Assembly: GCA_020049245.1 (NCBI GenBank)
Contig: JAIFLB010000065.1
Location: forward strand, 1 to 44,105
Length of the DNA stretch: 44,105 nucleotides
Source: Betaproteobacteria bacterium
Lineage (GTDB): Bacteria; Pseudomonadota; Gammaproteobacteria; Burkholderiales; Thiobacillaceae
Direction: 5' to 3'
The position numbers and the translations under genes were made by a program. The notes beneath the pieces were generated by a model. The model saw nothing but the letters and a program-made list of their open reading frames with translations. It ran no database searches and was not told the DNA's origin. How positions within the stretch are numbered: position 1 is the stretch's first letter; every line of letters begins with the position of its first letter. Shown here piece after piece: positions 1-7,983 of the stretch.

Positions 1-2
1 CA

Positions 3-1430
3 TTGCTGATGCTGGCGGGCGCTGCGGCGGTGGCGCTGATCGACCGCATGCCAACGCCGTCGCGTTTATTGGCGGTTGCGTTGGCGGTGGTGGTGTTGCT
101 TGACCCTTGGGCGGCGCATGCGCCGGGTTTCTGGTTGTCATTCGGTGCGGTGGCGGCTTTGCTATTGGTCGGCGCCGGCCGCTTGCGACGGCTGTCGCTC
201 TGGCTGGCCTGGAGCAAGACGCAATGGGCGATCACGCTGGCGTTGACGCCGTTGTTGCTGAGTCTGTTCCAGGAGGTTTCGCTGGTTTCTCCGCTCGCCA
301 ATCTGGTGGCGATTCCGCTGATCAGTCTGCTGGCAGTGCCATTGTCGTTGCTGGCGGCGTTGACGCCGATTGCATACGCGGCGACGGCTGCGCATGCCGT
401 GGTGGCCGCAGTCATGTGGCTTTTGCAGGCTTTGGTGAGCCTGCCGCAACCGTTGTTGCATGCCGCGACGCCGTCGTTGCTCGCGCTTTTGCTGGCATTG
501 GCTGGCGCGGGTTTACTGCTGTTACCGCGCGGCTTCCCCGGCCGTTGGCTCGGCGGCTTGCTGTTCCTGCCCTTGTTTTTTCCGCGCCTGCCGACGCCAG
601 TCGAAGGCTCAGCCTGGCTGACCGTGCTGGATGTTGGCCAGGGCGAGGCCGTGCTGGTGAGGACGGCGCGGCATGCCATGTTGTTTGATAGCGGGCCGCG
701 CTATGTTTCCGGCGAGGATGCGGGAGCGCGTGTGGTTGCGCCTGCGTTGTGGCATCAGGGTATCAATCGGCTGGATGGTCTGGTGCTGTCGCATGACGAT
801 CTTGATCACACCGGCGGTACCTTGTCGCTGTTGCAAAGTCATCAGCCAACCTGGCTGCTGACTTCGCTGGCTGGCATGCCGTTGCGCTCGCTTGGCGTGA
901 ATGGGCAAAGCGTGCGTGGCTTGCGTCCGGATGCGCTGGCGTGCCGAGCCGGGCAGACCTGGACTTGGGATGGTGTGCGCTTCGAAGTGTTGCATCCGCC
1001 GGCGCATCAATATCGCCAGTCTGGCCAGAGCGACAACAATCGAAGTTGCGTGATTCGAATCGAAACCGACCGCTTCAGCGCGTTACTACCGGGAGATATC
1101 GATCGCTTGGGCGAGATGAACCTGATTGAGCGGCAACAGTTGCAAGCTGCGGATGTACTGATATCGCCACATCATGGCAGCCGATCTTCGTCGACACCGG
1201 AATTCCTTGCCGCGTTGCGGCCGACCTGGGTGGTGATTCCGGTTGGCCATCGCAATCGCTATGGGCATCCGCACCCGGAAGTGCTGGCGCGATACCGGGC
1301 ATTGTCCGGTGTGACGCTGGCACGCACTGATCGCGATGGCGCCATCACGCTACGCCTGCAAGGTGATGCGATCCAACTCGAGCGGGCGCGGGAGGTAGAG
1401 AAACGCTATTGGCGAAATGCCGCTTTTTAG
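3..1430 (+). CDS. comEC: DNA internalization competence protein ComEC/Rec2, C-terminal part (5' end lies outside the window)
   Basis: The frame is open from the window edge. The N-terminal half is very hydrophobic and TM-like. The C-terminal domain has a metallo-beta-lactamase-type motif, LVLSHDDLDHTGG, followed later by SPHHGS, as in ComEC/Rec2. Confidence 0.8.
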   Translation: MLMLAGAAAVALIDRMPTPSRLLAVALAVVVLLDPWAAHAPGFWLSFGAVAALLLVGAGRLRRLSLWLAWSKTQWAITLALTPLLLSLFQEVSLVSPLANLVAIPLISLLAVPLSLLAALTPIAYAATAAHAVVAAVMWLLQALVSLPQPLLHAATPSLLALLLALAGAGLLLLPRGFPGRWLGGLLFLPLFFPRLPTPVEGSAWLTVLDVGQGEAVLVRTARHAMLFDSGPRYVSGEDAGARVVAPALWHQGINRLDGLVLSHDDLDHTGGTLSLLQSHQPTWLLTSLAGMPLRSLGVNGQSVRGLRPDALACRAGQTWTWDGVRFEVLHPPAHQYRQSGQSDNNRSCVIRIETDRFSALLPGDIDRLGEMNLIERQQLQAADVLISPHHGSRSSSTPEFLAALRPTWVVIPVGHRNRYGHPHPEVLARYRALSGVTLARTDRDGAITLRLQGDAIQLERAREVEKRYWRNAAF

Positions 1431-1442
1431 CCTTTTCTATCG

Positions 1443-2390
1443 TTAGCCAGCCAGCGCAGCCCGCTGTTTTTCCATCATCTCTTCCACCAGCGGTCCACAG
1501 ATCACTGATAGCGCCAGGCGCAATTCTCCGCCCGGCACCAGCATCGTGGTGGGGCGCGTCATGCGGGAACCAGGAATGCGTTGCAGCAGGGCGGGGAAGT
1601 TGTGCCGTTTGCGATCGCGGAAATGAATCACCAGGACAGATTCATCCGGCGTTGGCACCTCGCGGGCGATGAACGGGTTGGAAGTGTCGACCAGCGGCAT
1701 GCGCTGGATATTGATATCGGTGAGGCCGAATTGCGGCACGATGTAGTGAATGTAATCGTCCATTCGACGCAAGATGGTTTCCAGAGACGCTTCTGTGGAA
1801 CAGATGCCCTTGGCGCAATCACGGTGGATTTTCTGGATCCATTCCAGGTTGATTGCCGGCACGACACCGATCAACAGATCGATATGTTGGGCGACATCAA
1901 TGCCGGCTTTGCCGATGCGGCGATCGATCTCGGGTGGAAAGTGGCGCGAATCCACCTGGCGCCGGGTCCATGTATTGGCCACCAAACCGCCGTGCTGGCC
2001 TTCGTAGAACAGCAGGTTGGAGCCACTTTGCAACGGTTTCCAGGGTGTGAACTCGCCAGATTTGACGCCGAGCGTGGCGGCGCGCGTTTCGTTGTGGGCA
2101 TATTCGCGCACGACGCCGCTGCCGGTTTCTGCGTAGGTCTGGAAAAACTGTTCCAGTTCCGGGAAGTGGTTGCATTCCGGGCCGAACCAGGAAATGCGGC
2201 GGTTGCTGACCCGGGCTTCATCGAGCAATGCGGCGAATTGGCGGTCGGTATAACGTCGGAAGCCATCGCCATGAACAATTGCGGGCTTGACGTCCTGACG
2301 GCTGAACAGATCCTTGAATGCGTGGCGGACGGTCGAGAGGCCGGCGCCAGCCATGCCGGTGACAGCAATAATGGGATGTTTTTCAGACAT
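1443..2390 (-). CDS. cbbP: phosphoribulokinase
   Basis: MSEKHPIIAVTGMAGAGLSTV is a P-loop-like N-terminus typical of PRK, and family-like similarity continues over the whole length. I chose the ATG at 2390 (residue 59 of ORF 1443..2564) because the upstream 58 aa look like non-coding read-through. Confidence 0.85.
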   Translation of the reverse strand: MSEKHPIIAVTGMAGAGLSTVRHAFKDLFSRQDVKPAIVHGDGFRRYTDRQFAALLDEARVSNRRISWFGPECNHFPELEQFFQTYAETGSGVVREYAHNETRAATLGVKSGEFTPWKPLQSGSNLLFYEGQHGGLVANTWTRRQVDSRHFPPEIDRRIGKAGIDVAQHIDLLIGVVPAINLEWIQKIHRDCAKGICSTEASLETILRRMDDYIHYIVPQFGLTDINIQRMPLVDTSNPFIAREVPTPDESVLVIHFRDRKRHNFPALLQRIPGSRMTRPTTMLVPGGELRLALSVICGPLVEEMMEKQRAALAG

Positions 2391-2556
2391 TGATGCGGCT
2401 CCACGCGCTGAGTGAAAGGGTTCGAAGAAGTGGGATCGGAGAATACTATCCGGTATCGGCGATGCCGGGGGTGGCCAAACAGTCTGTGATGTTTGATTGC
2501 TGTGGCTGGAATGAGTCCAGTACCATCTTGCATTGCTTGCTTGAGGTTGAGCTGAC

Positions 2557-3777
2557 TTGGACAATTTTCACATCCCCATTTCCGCCATCGGCATGGCGAA
2601 TCGAGACCTGCCCAGCGAGCAAGATCGGGGCGATCGTTTGCCGGTGATCGAGGTGTTGGCGGAAATCGCCAGCAGCATGAGTTCTGACGCCAATACGGAA
2701 CAGATGCTGATGCGTTTTCTTGAGATCATGGTGCGCATCTCACGCGCCAAGGCCGGCGCGGTGCGTGTGTTGACCGCCGATGGCGCGCATCTGCGCATGG
2801 CGGGTTCAATCGGCCTGAGTCCGGCGTTGATCGAGAAGGAACGTTATGTGCCGCTCGAATGCGGCATCTGCGGCAAGGCGACGTTGTCGCAAGCATCTCA
2901 GTCCGACAGCGTCATGGAGGTGTGCCAGAAACAGGTTCGCCATATCTATTTTGCGCAAAATTGCAGCACGGTTTACGCGGTGCCGTTGCGCCACAAGGGC
3001 AAGGTGCTTGGGGTTTACAACATCTTTCTGGATAACCCGGCGCCGCTGCCAGAAGACATTCGCTACCTGTTCAATTCGATTAGCGAACACCTGGGCATGG
3101 CGCTGGAAAACACGCGCCTGACGCGCGAGAACATGCGCATCTCGTTGATGAACGAACGCACCATGTTGGCGAATCAGATTCATGATTCGCTGGCGCAGAC
3201 GCTGGCCTACGCCAAGATGCGGTTGACCGTATTGAACGAGGCACTTGCTGAGCAGGATCAGGTGCGCGCCAATCGCTATCTGGGCGAGGTTGAAGAAGCG
3301 GTGGACCTGGCCTATTCGGAATTGCGCAATCTGATTACCCAATTCCGCGATCGCATCGATCCGCGTGGTCTGGTGCCGGCGTTGCAGGAGATGGCAGAAA
3401 GTTTCAGCAAGAAGGCGAATGCGGATGTTGATTTCCTGAATGTGGCGCAGGATGTGGTGCTGACGCCAGAGGAAGAAATTCAGGTGTTCCATATCATTCA
3501 GGAATCGCTTTACAACATCTGCAAGCATGCCCGTGCTCGCCATGTGGTGGTGACACTCGATCTGCACGAAAACGAGTATGTAGTGAATGTGGCGGATGAT
3601 GGTGTTGGCCTGCAGGGCACCGCACTGGCCAATATGGGCAAGAGTTTTGGCCTGACCATCATGCGCGAACGTGCCGCGAAACTGGGCGGTACGCTGACCA
3701 TCGAAAGTCGCGCAGCGGGTGGCACCATCGTGCGGTTGTGTTTCCCGGCGCGTCCGGGGGTTGAGGATCAAGCATGA
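2557..3777 (+). CDS. soluble GAF-domain sensor histidine kinase (NarX/HisKA_3 type)
   Basis: The N-terminal ~190 aa form a GAF-like domain with no TM segments. The H-box is ERTMLANQIHDSLAQTL (HisKA_3), and the C-terminus is HATPase_c (DDGVGL ... GLTIMRERA). The start is uncertain: TTG at 2557 or ATG at 2593. Confidence 0.8.
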   Translation: MDNFHIPISAIGMANRDLPSEQDRGDRLPVIEVLAEIASSMSSDANTEQMLMRFLEIMVRISRAKAGAVRVLTADGAHLRMAGSIGLSPALIEKERYVPLECGICGKATLSQASQSDSVMEVCQKQVRHIYFAQNCSTVYAVPLRHKGKVLGVYNIFLDNPAPLPEDIRYLFNSISEHLGMALENTRLTRENMRISLMNERTMLANQIHDSLAQTLAYAKMRLTVLNEALAEQDQVRANRYLGEVEEAVDLAYSELRNLITQFRDRIDPRGLVPALQEMAESFSKKANADVDFLNVAQDVVLTPEEEIQVFHIIQESLYNICKHARARHVVVTLDLHENEYVVNVADDGVGLQGTALANMGKSFGLTIMRERAAKLGGTLTIESRAAGGTIVRLCFPARPGVEDQA

Positions 3778-4457
3778 ATCCATTACCCGCTGAACAATTA
3801 CGCATTGTTCTGGTTGACGATCACACGCTGTTTCGCAAGGGCTTGGCGGAACTGCTGGAACGTGAGGGCGCGGTCAAGGTGTCGGCGATTACCGGCAACC
3901 CGACCGAGGTTGCCGGTTTGCTGCGCACTTACAGTCCGGATGTGTTGATCCTGGATTTGAATATCGGTGGCACGGATGGGATTCAGGTGATGCAGGAGCT
4001 GCGCGCCGATTCATTCATGCTGCCGGTGCTTTTGCTGACGGTGAGCGAGGCGGAAGAAGACATGGCTCGGGCTCTCCGCAACGGTGCCAATGGCTATCTG
4101 TTGAAGAGCATGGAGCCGGATGAATTGGTCGATGCGATCATCCGCGCAGCTCGGGGTGAAACCGTGGTGGCGCCGGCGATGACGGCAAAATTGGTGCGCA
4201 TGCTGGATGGCAAGAACAACAGCGCAACTTCGTTGCTGGAGTCATTGACCCAGCGCGAGCGGGAAATCCTCAAACATCTGGCCAAGGGCGAGAGCAACAA
4301 GGCGATTGCCCGCGAACTCGATATCAGCTACGACACGGTCAAGTTGCATGTGCGGCATATCCTGGCCAAGCTGAATCTGTCATCGCGGGTTGAGGCTGCC
4401 GTTTTTGCAGTCGAAAACAAGCTTTCGCCCGGCTTCGAGGTGCAACGCAAGAACTGA
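3774..4457 (+). CDS. NarL/LuxR-family response regulator (REC + LuxR HTH)
   Basis: The receiver domain shows LVDDH ... VLILDLNIGGTDG. The C-terminus has LTQREREILKHLAKGESNKAIARELDISYDTVKLHV. The ATGA start/stop overlap with the kinase gene indicates translational coupling. Confidence 0.88.
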   Translation: MNPLPAEQLRIVLVDDHTLFRKGLAELLEREGAVKVSAITGNPTEVAGLLRTYSPDVLILDLNIGGTDGIQVMQELRADSFMLPVLLLTVSEAEEDMARALRNGANGYLLKSMEPDELVDAIIRAARGETVVAPAMTAKLVRMLDGKNNSATSLLESLTQREREILKHLAKGESNKAIARELDISYDTVKLHVRHILAKLNLSSRVEAAVFAVENKLSPGFEVQRKN

Positions 4458-4480
4458 CGCAAAAACTGACGCAAAAACTG
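4452..4480. repeat. 12-nt tandem repeat, AACTGACGCAAA x2.4
   Basis: Copies lie at 4452-4463 and 4464-4475, with a partial copy at 4476-4480. The repeat spans the response-regulator stop codon and the convergent intergenic gap. Confidence 0.85.
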
Positions 4481-4486
4481 GAATTT

Positions 4487-5392
4487 TCAGCCGCGCAGGT
4501 TCTGCAGGTGGTCGTGATAGCGAGCCCGGTAAAGCAGGCGGCGATGTTCCGGGCGGTCGGTAAAGCCCGTACGGGTGTGAAGCACGTTGTTGCAGATCAG
4601 GCCCATGCCGGGTTGTAGCTTGAGGCTGAAAACGCCGGCAGGCCGGCTTTCCAGTAATTCTTCCAGGGCTTTTAACGCCGCCTGAGTCGCTACGTCCTGC
4701 TTCCAGGCGATGCTCTTGGTGCGAGCGGTATAGCGCAGATGCAGATGGCCGTTGGCAACGCATAGGGCGGGGCCGGTTTCGTCGCCACGTGCGGTGCCAT
4801 GTTCATCTTCGCGGGCCGGGATGGTCATCGCATCCGTCGCCATCAGGGCACGAATATGCTCAGGATTGGCATCGCGCAGCGCGATATAGGCCAGTTCATG
4901 ATCGAGTAAATCGTTCTCGCCGCCGTCATCTGCTTCTCGCACGCAATGCAGCGTCATCGCGAAGATGCGCCGCTCGGGCGGGTTGTAGTAGCCATCGGTA
5001 TGCCAGCGGATGCGGTGATGTGTGTAGGGTATGAATTCTCCGCGCTTGCTGTTGCCAACCCCGCTGCCTTCGTCCTGTGGCGTCAGGCTGGAAATGCCGT
5101 CTTCGTCGGCTAGCCAGTTGGCATCGAGATGGGTCAGGCCGAACTGGGCGGAAAGTAGGCGTGGGCCGTTCTTGTCTTCGTTTTCGCCCATGCCGGTGGC
5201 ATAAATCGCCATGTTGGTCTTGGCGATGTGCTGCCAGAGCGCGGCATATTCGGCGTTGCTGAGTTGCTTCGGATCGCGCACAGTGACGATCAGGTCTTCG
5301 CCCCGGGGTGGATAATCGGCCAACTTGTCAGCCCGCCAGGAGGCGTAGCCAGCGGCGTTGTCAGGATGGAACGGGCTGTCAAGCGGGATCAT
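4487..5392 (-). CDS. TauD/TfdA-family Fe(II)/2-oxoglutarate dioxygenase-like protein
   Basis: It has the HxD motif in IRWHTDGYY and a distal His in NNVLHTRTGF, with a size (~300 aa) typical of the family. The substrate cannot be inferred. Confidence 0.6.
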   Translation of the reverse strand: MIPLDSPFHPDNAAGYASWRADKLADYPPRGEDLIVTVRDPKQLSNAEYAALWQHIAKTNMAIYATGMGENEDKNGPRLLSAQFGLTHLDANWLADEDGISSLTPQDEGSGVGNSKRGEFIPYTHHRIRWHTDGYYNPPERRIFAMTLHCVREADDGGENDLLDHELAYIALRDANPEHIRALMATDAMTIPAREDEHGTARGDETGPALCVANGHLHLRYTARTKSIAWKQDVATQAALKALEELLESRPAGVFSLKLQPGMGLICNNVLHTRTGFTDRPEHRRLLYRARYHDHLQNLRG

Positions 5393-5401
5393 CTGGCACT
5401 T

Positions 5402-5989
5402 TCAGGCGGGTTCTAATGGCGGGTAAAAACCGTCCATGTTTTTCTTGGCCATATCCATCATCGCCGGCACTTCAATTTCCATTAATTGATCCTGAATCCA
5501 GCTTTGATCGGATTTCTCCATGTCTTCCCGAATCATCAGGCTAAGGAAACGGGCGGGCTGGAAATTTGGTTTGCCATTGGGCAAAGTGAACTCGGCGAAC
5601 TCGGCGTAATCCTGCATTCGCTTGTTGAGCAGCTCGATATAGCCTTCCTGATAGTCATAATTCGGGTCGCGTTCGCCATCATTGAAATCGAGGATGTTCT
5701 GTTCCATCACTTCGGCCAGACGAATGCCGGTGGCACTGATCAGTTCCTGGCGCTGCTCGTCATCCAGGCGGTCGAACGCCAGACGATCCATGTAATGCAC
5801 CAGAAAACAGGTTAGTTCGGCAATGATCTTGAAGCCGCGTTGCGGTGTGATGATGTCGTAGTCGGCCTTGGATAGATTGTCGATTGCCTTGTCGGCAAGC
5901 CGCCACAGCATCGAGGCCATGACGGTGGCGACTTCCTCGGGCGAACGTTCGCCTTCCTTCTTGAACCAGGTGGTTTTGACGCGAAGCAA
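5402..5989 (-). CDS. hypothetical acidic protein (~195 aa)
   Basis: The ORF is long, with no family I recognise. The proposed TTG start at 5989 is preceded by GGAGA (5996-6000 on the complement) and lies 2 nt after the rhodanese stop. The annotated ATG at 6043 would overlap the rhodanese gene by 52 nt. Confidence 0.5.
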   Translation of the reverse strand: MLRVKTTWFKKEGERSPEEVATVMASMLWRLADKAIDNLSKADYDIITPQRGFKIIAELTCFLVHYMDRLAFDRLDDEQRQELISATGIRLAEVMEQNILDFNDGERDPNYDYQEGYIELLNKRMQDYAEFAEFTLPNGKPNFQPARFLSLMIREDMEKSDQSWIQDQLMEIEVPAMMDMAKKNMDGFYPPLEPA

Positions 5990-5991
5990 AG

Positions 5992-6840
5992 TTATTCTCC
6001 AGTCGCGACTGGCCGGGATGGATCGCGAATCCACTCGCTCCATGAGCCGGGATAAAGACGGGAACCGGGCAGACCGGCGATTTCCATGGCCAACAGGTTA
6101 TGGCAGGCGGTGACGCCTGAGCCGCAGGTGTGAATGACTTGCCAGGCGGGTCGGCCTTTCAGCATGGCCTGGAAGTTTTCACGTAATGCCTCAGGCGGCA
6201 AATAGGTGCCGTCGATATCAAGATTTTCGTCAAACGCCCAGTTGATCGAGCCGGGGATGTGTCCGGCAACCGGGTCTAGCGGTTCGAATTCGCCGGTGAA
6301 ACGGCGTTCCGGGCGCGCGTCGATGATCATTTGCTCGCCGGTTTTTACCGCATGCAGCACTTCGTCGGCTGACACGATCTGGGTCGGTTCCGGTAAACAG
6401 GCGCATCGGCCTTTAGCCAGTTCGGGTAAATCGGAGGTCAGTGGCCGCTTTTCGCGCTGCCATTTGGGAAATCCGCCATCCAGCAAGGCAACTGCGGGGT
6501 GACCCAGCCAGCGCAGCATCCACCAGGCGCGCACAGCCATGGCTCCGAAGCTGTCGTCATAAACAACGACCTGCTTGTTGACGCCAATACCCCAATTGCA
6601 AACCTTCTTGGCGAATTCTTCTGGATCAGGCAGCGGGTGGCGGCCGGTGGATTCGGTGATTTGCGTCGACAGATCCTCATCAAGATGGACATACCGAGCG
6701 CCGGGAATGTGGTTTTTCAGATAAGCCTGACGTCCGCCTTCGGGGTCGGTCAGGGTGAAGCGGCAATCAAGCACGATCCAGTTTGGGTCATCCAGATGCT
6801 GAGCCAGGTCTTCGGTACTTACGATGGTGTTGATGAACAT
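5992..6840 (-). CDS. sseA: two-domain rhodanese, 3-mercaptopyruvate sulfurtransferase type
   Basis: It has a tandem rhodanese architecture. The active-site loop CGSGVTAC in the C-terminal domain matches the CG[ST]GVTA signature of MST/SseA rather than the CRKGVTA signature of TST. I prefer the start at MFINTIVSTEDL (ATG 6840). Confidence 0.8.
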   Translation of the reverse strand: MFINTIVSTEDLAQHLDDPNWIVLDCRFTLTDPEGGRQAYLKNHIPGARYVHLDEDLSTQITESTGRHPLPDPEEFAKKVCNWGIGVNKQVVVYDDSFGAMAVRAWWMLRWLGHPAVALLDGGFPKWQREKRPLTSDLPELAKGRCACLPEPTQIVSADEVLHAVKTGEQMIIDARPERRFTGEFEPLDPVAGHIPGSINWAFDENLDIDGTYLPPEALRENFQAMLKGRPAWQVIHTCGSGVTACHNLLAMEIAGLPGSRLYPGSWSEWIRDPSRPVATGE

Positions 6841-6924
6841 GAGAGTGTGGAATCGGTTACGCGCTGTCGATAGGTGGAGAGAACTCGCCGCCACACCTGC
6901 GGCAGCGCGTAATTGCTTGCTAGA

Positions 6925-7257
6925 TTAGTAGCCGCCTTTGCCAAATGGCTTCGGCATGCCGGCAACCTTGGCGGATTGACGGTTGGGTTGCAGCGGGAAG
7001 AGTTCGTACAGCTTCTTCTTCCAGTCCACGCTGTCGTCTTCTTCGTCAAGCATGGCTACCATATTCCGGAAGTTGGGCGTGTGGCCGTCTTCCTGATAAC
7101 GCTCACGCATGAAGCGAACGACCTGCCAATGTTCATCCGTCAGGTTGATCTTTTCTGCAGCGGCAATAACTGGTACGACGTCATCACTGAAATTGGCTTC
7201 GACCAGAAAGCCGTCGTCGTCAGTCTCAAGTTCTTCGCCGTTAACGATATAACCCAT
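6925..7257 (-). CDS. DsrC/TusE-family protein lacking both conserved C-terminal cysteines
   Basis: It aligns by eye with the bona fide DsrC at 12118..12453 (EHWQVVRFMRERY vs SHWDVVNFLREYY; KLYELFP vs YLYELFP; AKVAGMPKP vs CKIAGLPKP). It ends ...SAKVAGMPKPFGKGGY and contains no Cys at all. A good RBS, AGGAGAAAACC, precedes the ATG. Confidence 0.78.
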   Translation of the reverse strand: MGYIVNGEELETDDDGFLVEANFSDDVVPVIAAAEKINLTDEHWQVVRFMRERYQEDGHTPNFRNMVAMLDEEDDSVDWKKKLYELFPLQPNRQSAKVAGMPKPFGKGGY

Positions 7258-7326
7258 GGTTTTCTCCTATTGAGCGGGTTGAAAAAAGTTTGAAAACTCA
7301 CATCAGGAGGCACGCAACCGTAACAT

Positions 7327-7980
7327 TCAGTCGATTGCTACTTCCTTGATCGATTTATGCGGAATGAAGATTCCGCAGCCATAACCACGATGCAAACCAA
7401 GGCCACGTTCCTGCAGGATCATCGATTGCATCAAGTCGATATCGTGCAGCATCAGGCTGTAACCGCCAATTACCCTTTTGGGGATGTGCATTCTCTGAGC
7501 CTTGCCAGGGATAAGGCCAGCTTTTATGCCAATCTCTTCCATCAAGCCTCTGATTCCATTTAGAAAAAGTGCCTCATCCTCGGTGTCTACAGAAACAAAA
7601 TGTGAATACAGCGTGGCATATGGCGTCACCGCTTTTTCTTTCAAGTCGCCTATGTGCAGCTTTCCCGCACCAGGATCAATTTCCTTGCCAACCAGTTCAC
7701 GTGCGTCGGCAACGTGTTCAACCGGCATCCGCAAAACCAGCTTGACGCGGCGGTTGATCACCAGATTTTCATTGCGTCCACTCGGTGTCGCATGCACGGG
7801 ATGAATGCCTGCATTGGCTAGATCGCGCAGCCAGGGGAGGTGTCTGACAATCTCTTCGAACAGCGCATAACCATGATCGGCAGGAATTTCGAAGCCGGTC
7901 AGGTCGAATTGAAGGTCGGTGACCTTGGGTGTGTAGTTGAGTCGCTTCAGCGCCTCCCACTCAGCGTTGTACATGCGCAT
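7327..7980 (-). CDS. Cas6/Cmx6-like RAMP-superfamily protein (orphan, no CRISPR context)
   Basis: The N-terminus, DLQFDLTGFEIPADHGYALFEEIVRHLPWL, resembles the N-terminal signature I remember for type I-MYXAN Cas6/Cmx6. The C-terminal glycine-rich loop GLGLHRGYGCGIFIP resembles the RAMP G-loop, and the size is ~217 aa. The call rests on memory of the family and needs a profile or structure search. Confidence 0.45.
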   Translation of the reverse strand: MRMYNAEWEALKRLNYTPKVTDLQFDLTGFEIPADHGYALFEEIVRHLPWLRDLANAGIHPVHATPSGRNENLVINRRVKLVLRMPVEHVADARELVGKEIDPGAGKLHIGDLKEKAVTPYATLYSHFVSVDTEDEALFLNGIRGLMEEIGIKAGLIPGKAQRMHIPKRVIGGYSLMLHDIDLMQSMILQERGLGLHRGYGCGIFIPHKSIKEVAID

Positions 7981-7983
7981 GAA

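Noticed and set aside
107-688. 193-aa alternative-frame ORF inside comEC
   Set aside because: It is an overlapping out-of-frame ORF in a ~70% GC region with a Gly/Ala/Arg-rich product. The comEC frame has the family features.
2391-2564. 58-aa N-terminal extension of the phosphoribulokinase ORF
   Set aside because: The family N-terminus (MSEKHPIIAVTG, P-loop) starts at the internal ATG at 2390. The extension is Ser/Pro/Trp-rich and does not look like PRK.
2806-3783. 325-aa ORF antisense to the GAF histidine kinase
   Set aside because: The plus-strand product has H-box and HATPase motifs, while the antisense product has none.
5990-6043. ATG start at 6043 for the acidic unknown ORF, overlapping the rhodanese gene by 52 nt
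   Set aside because: An in-frame TTG at 5989 with an upstream GGAGA, lying 2 nt after the rhodanese stop, is a more economical start. This remains unproven.
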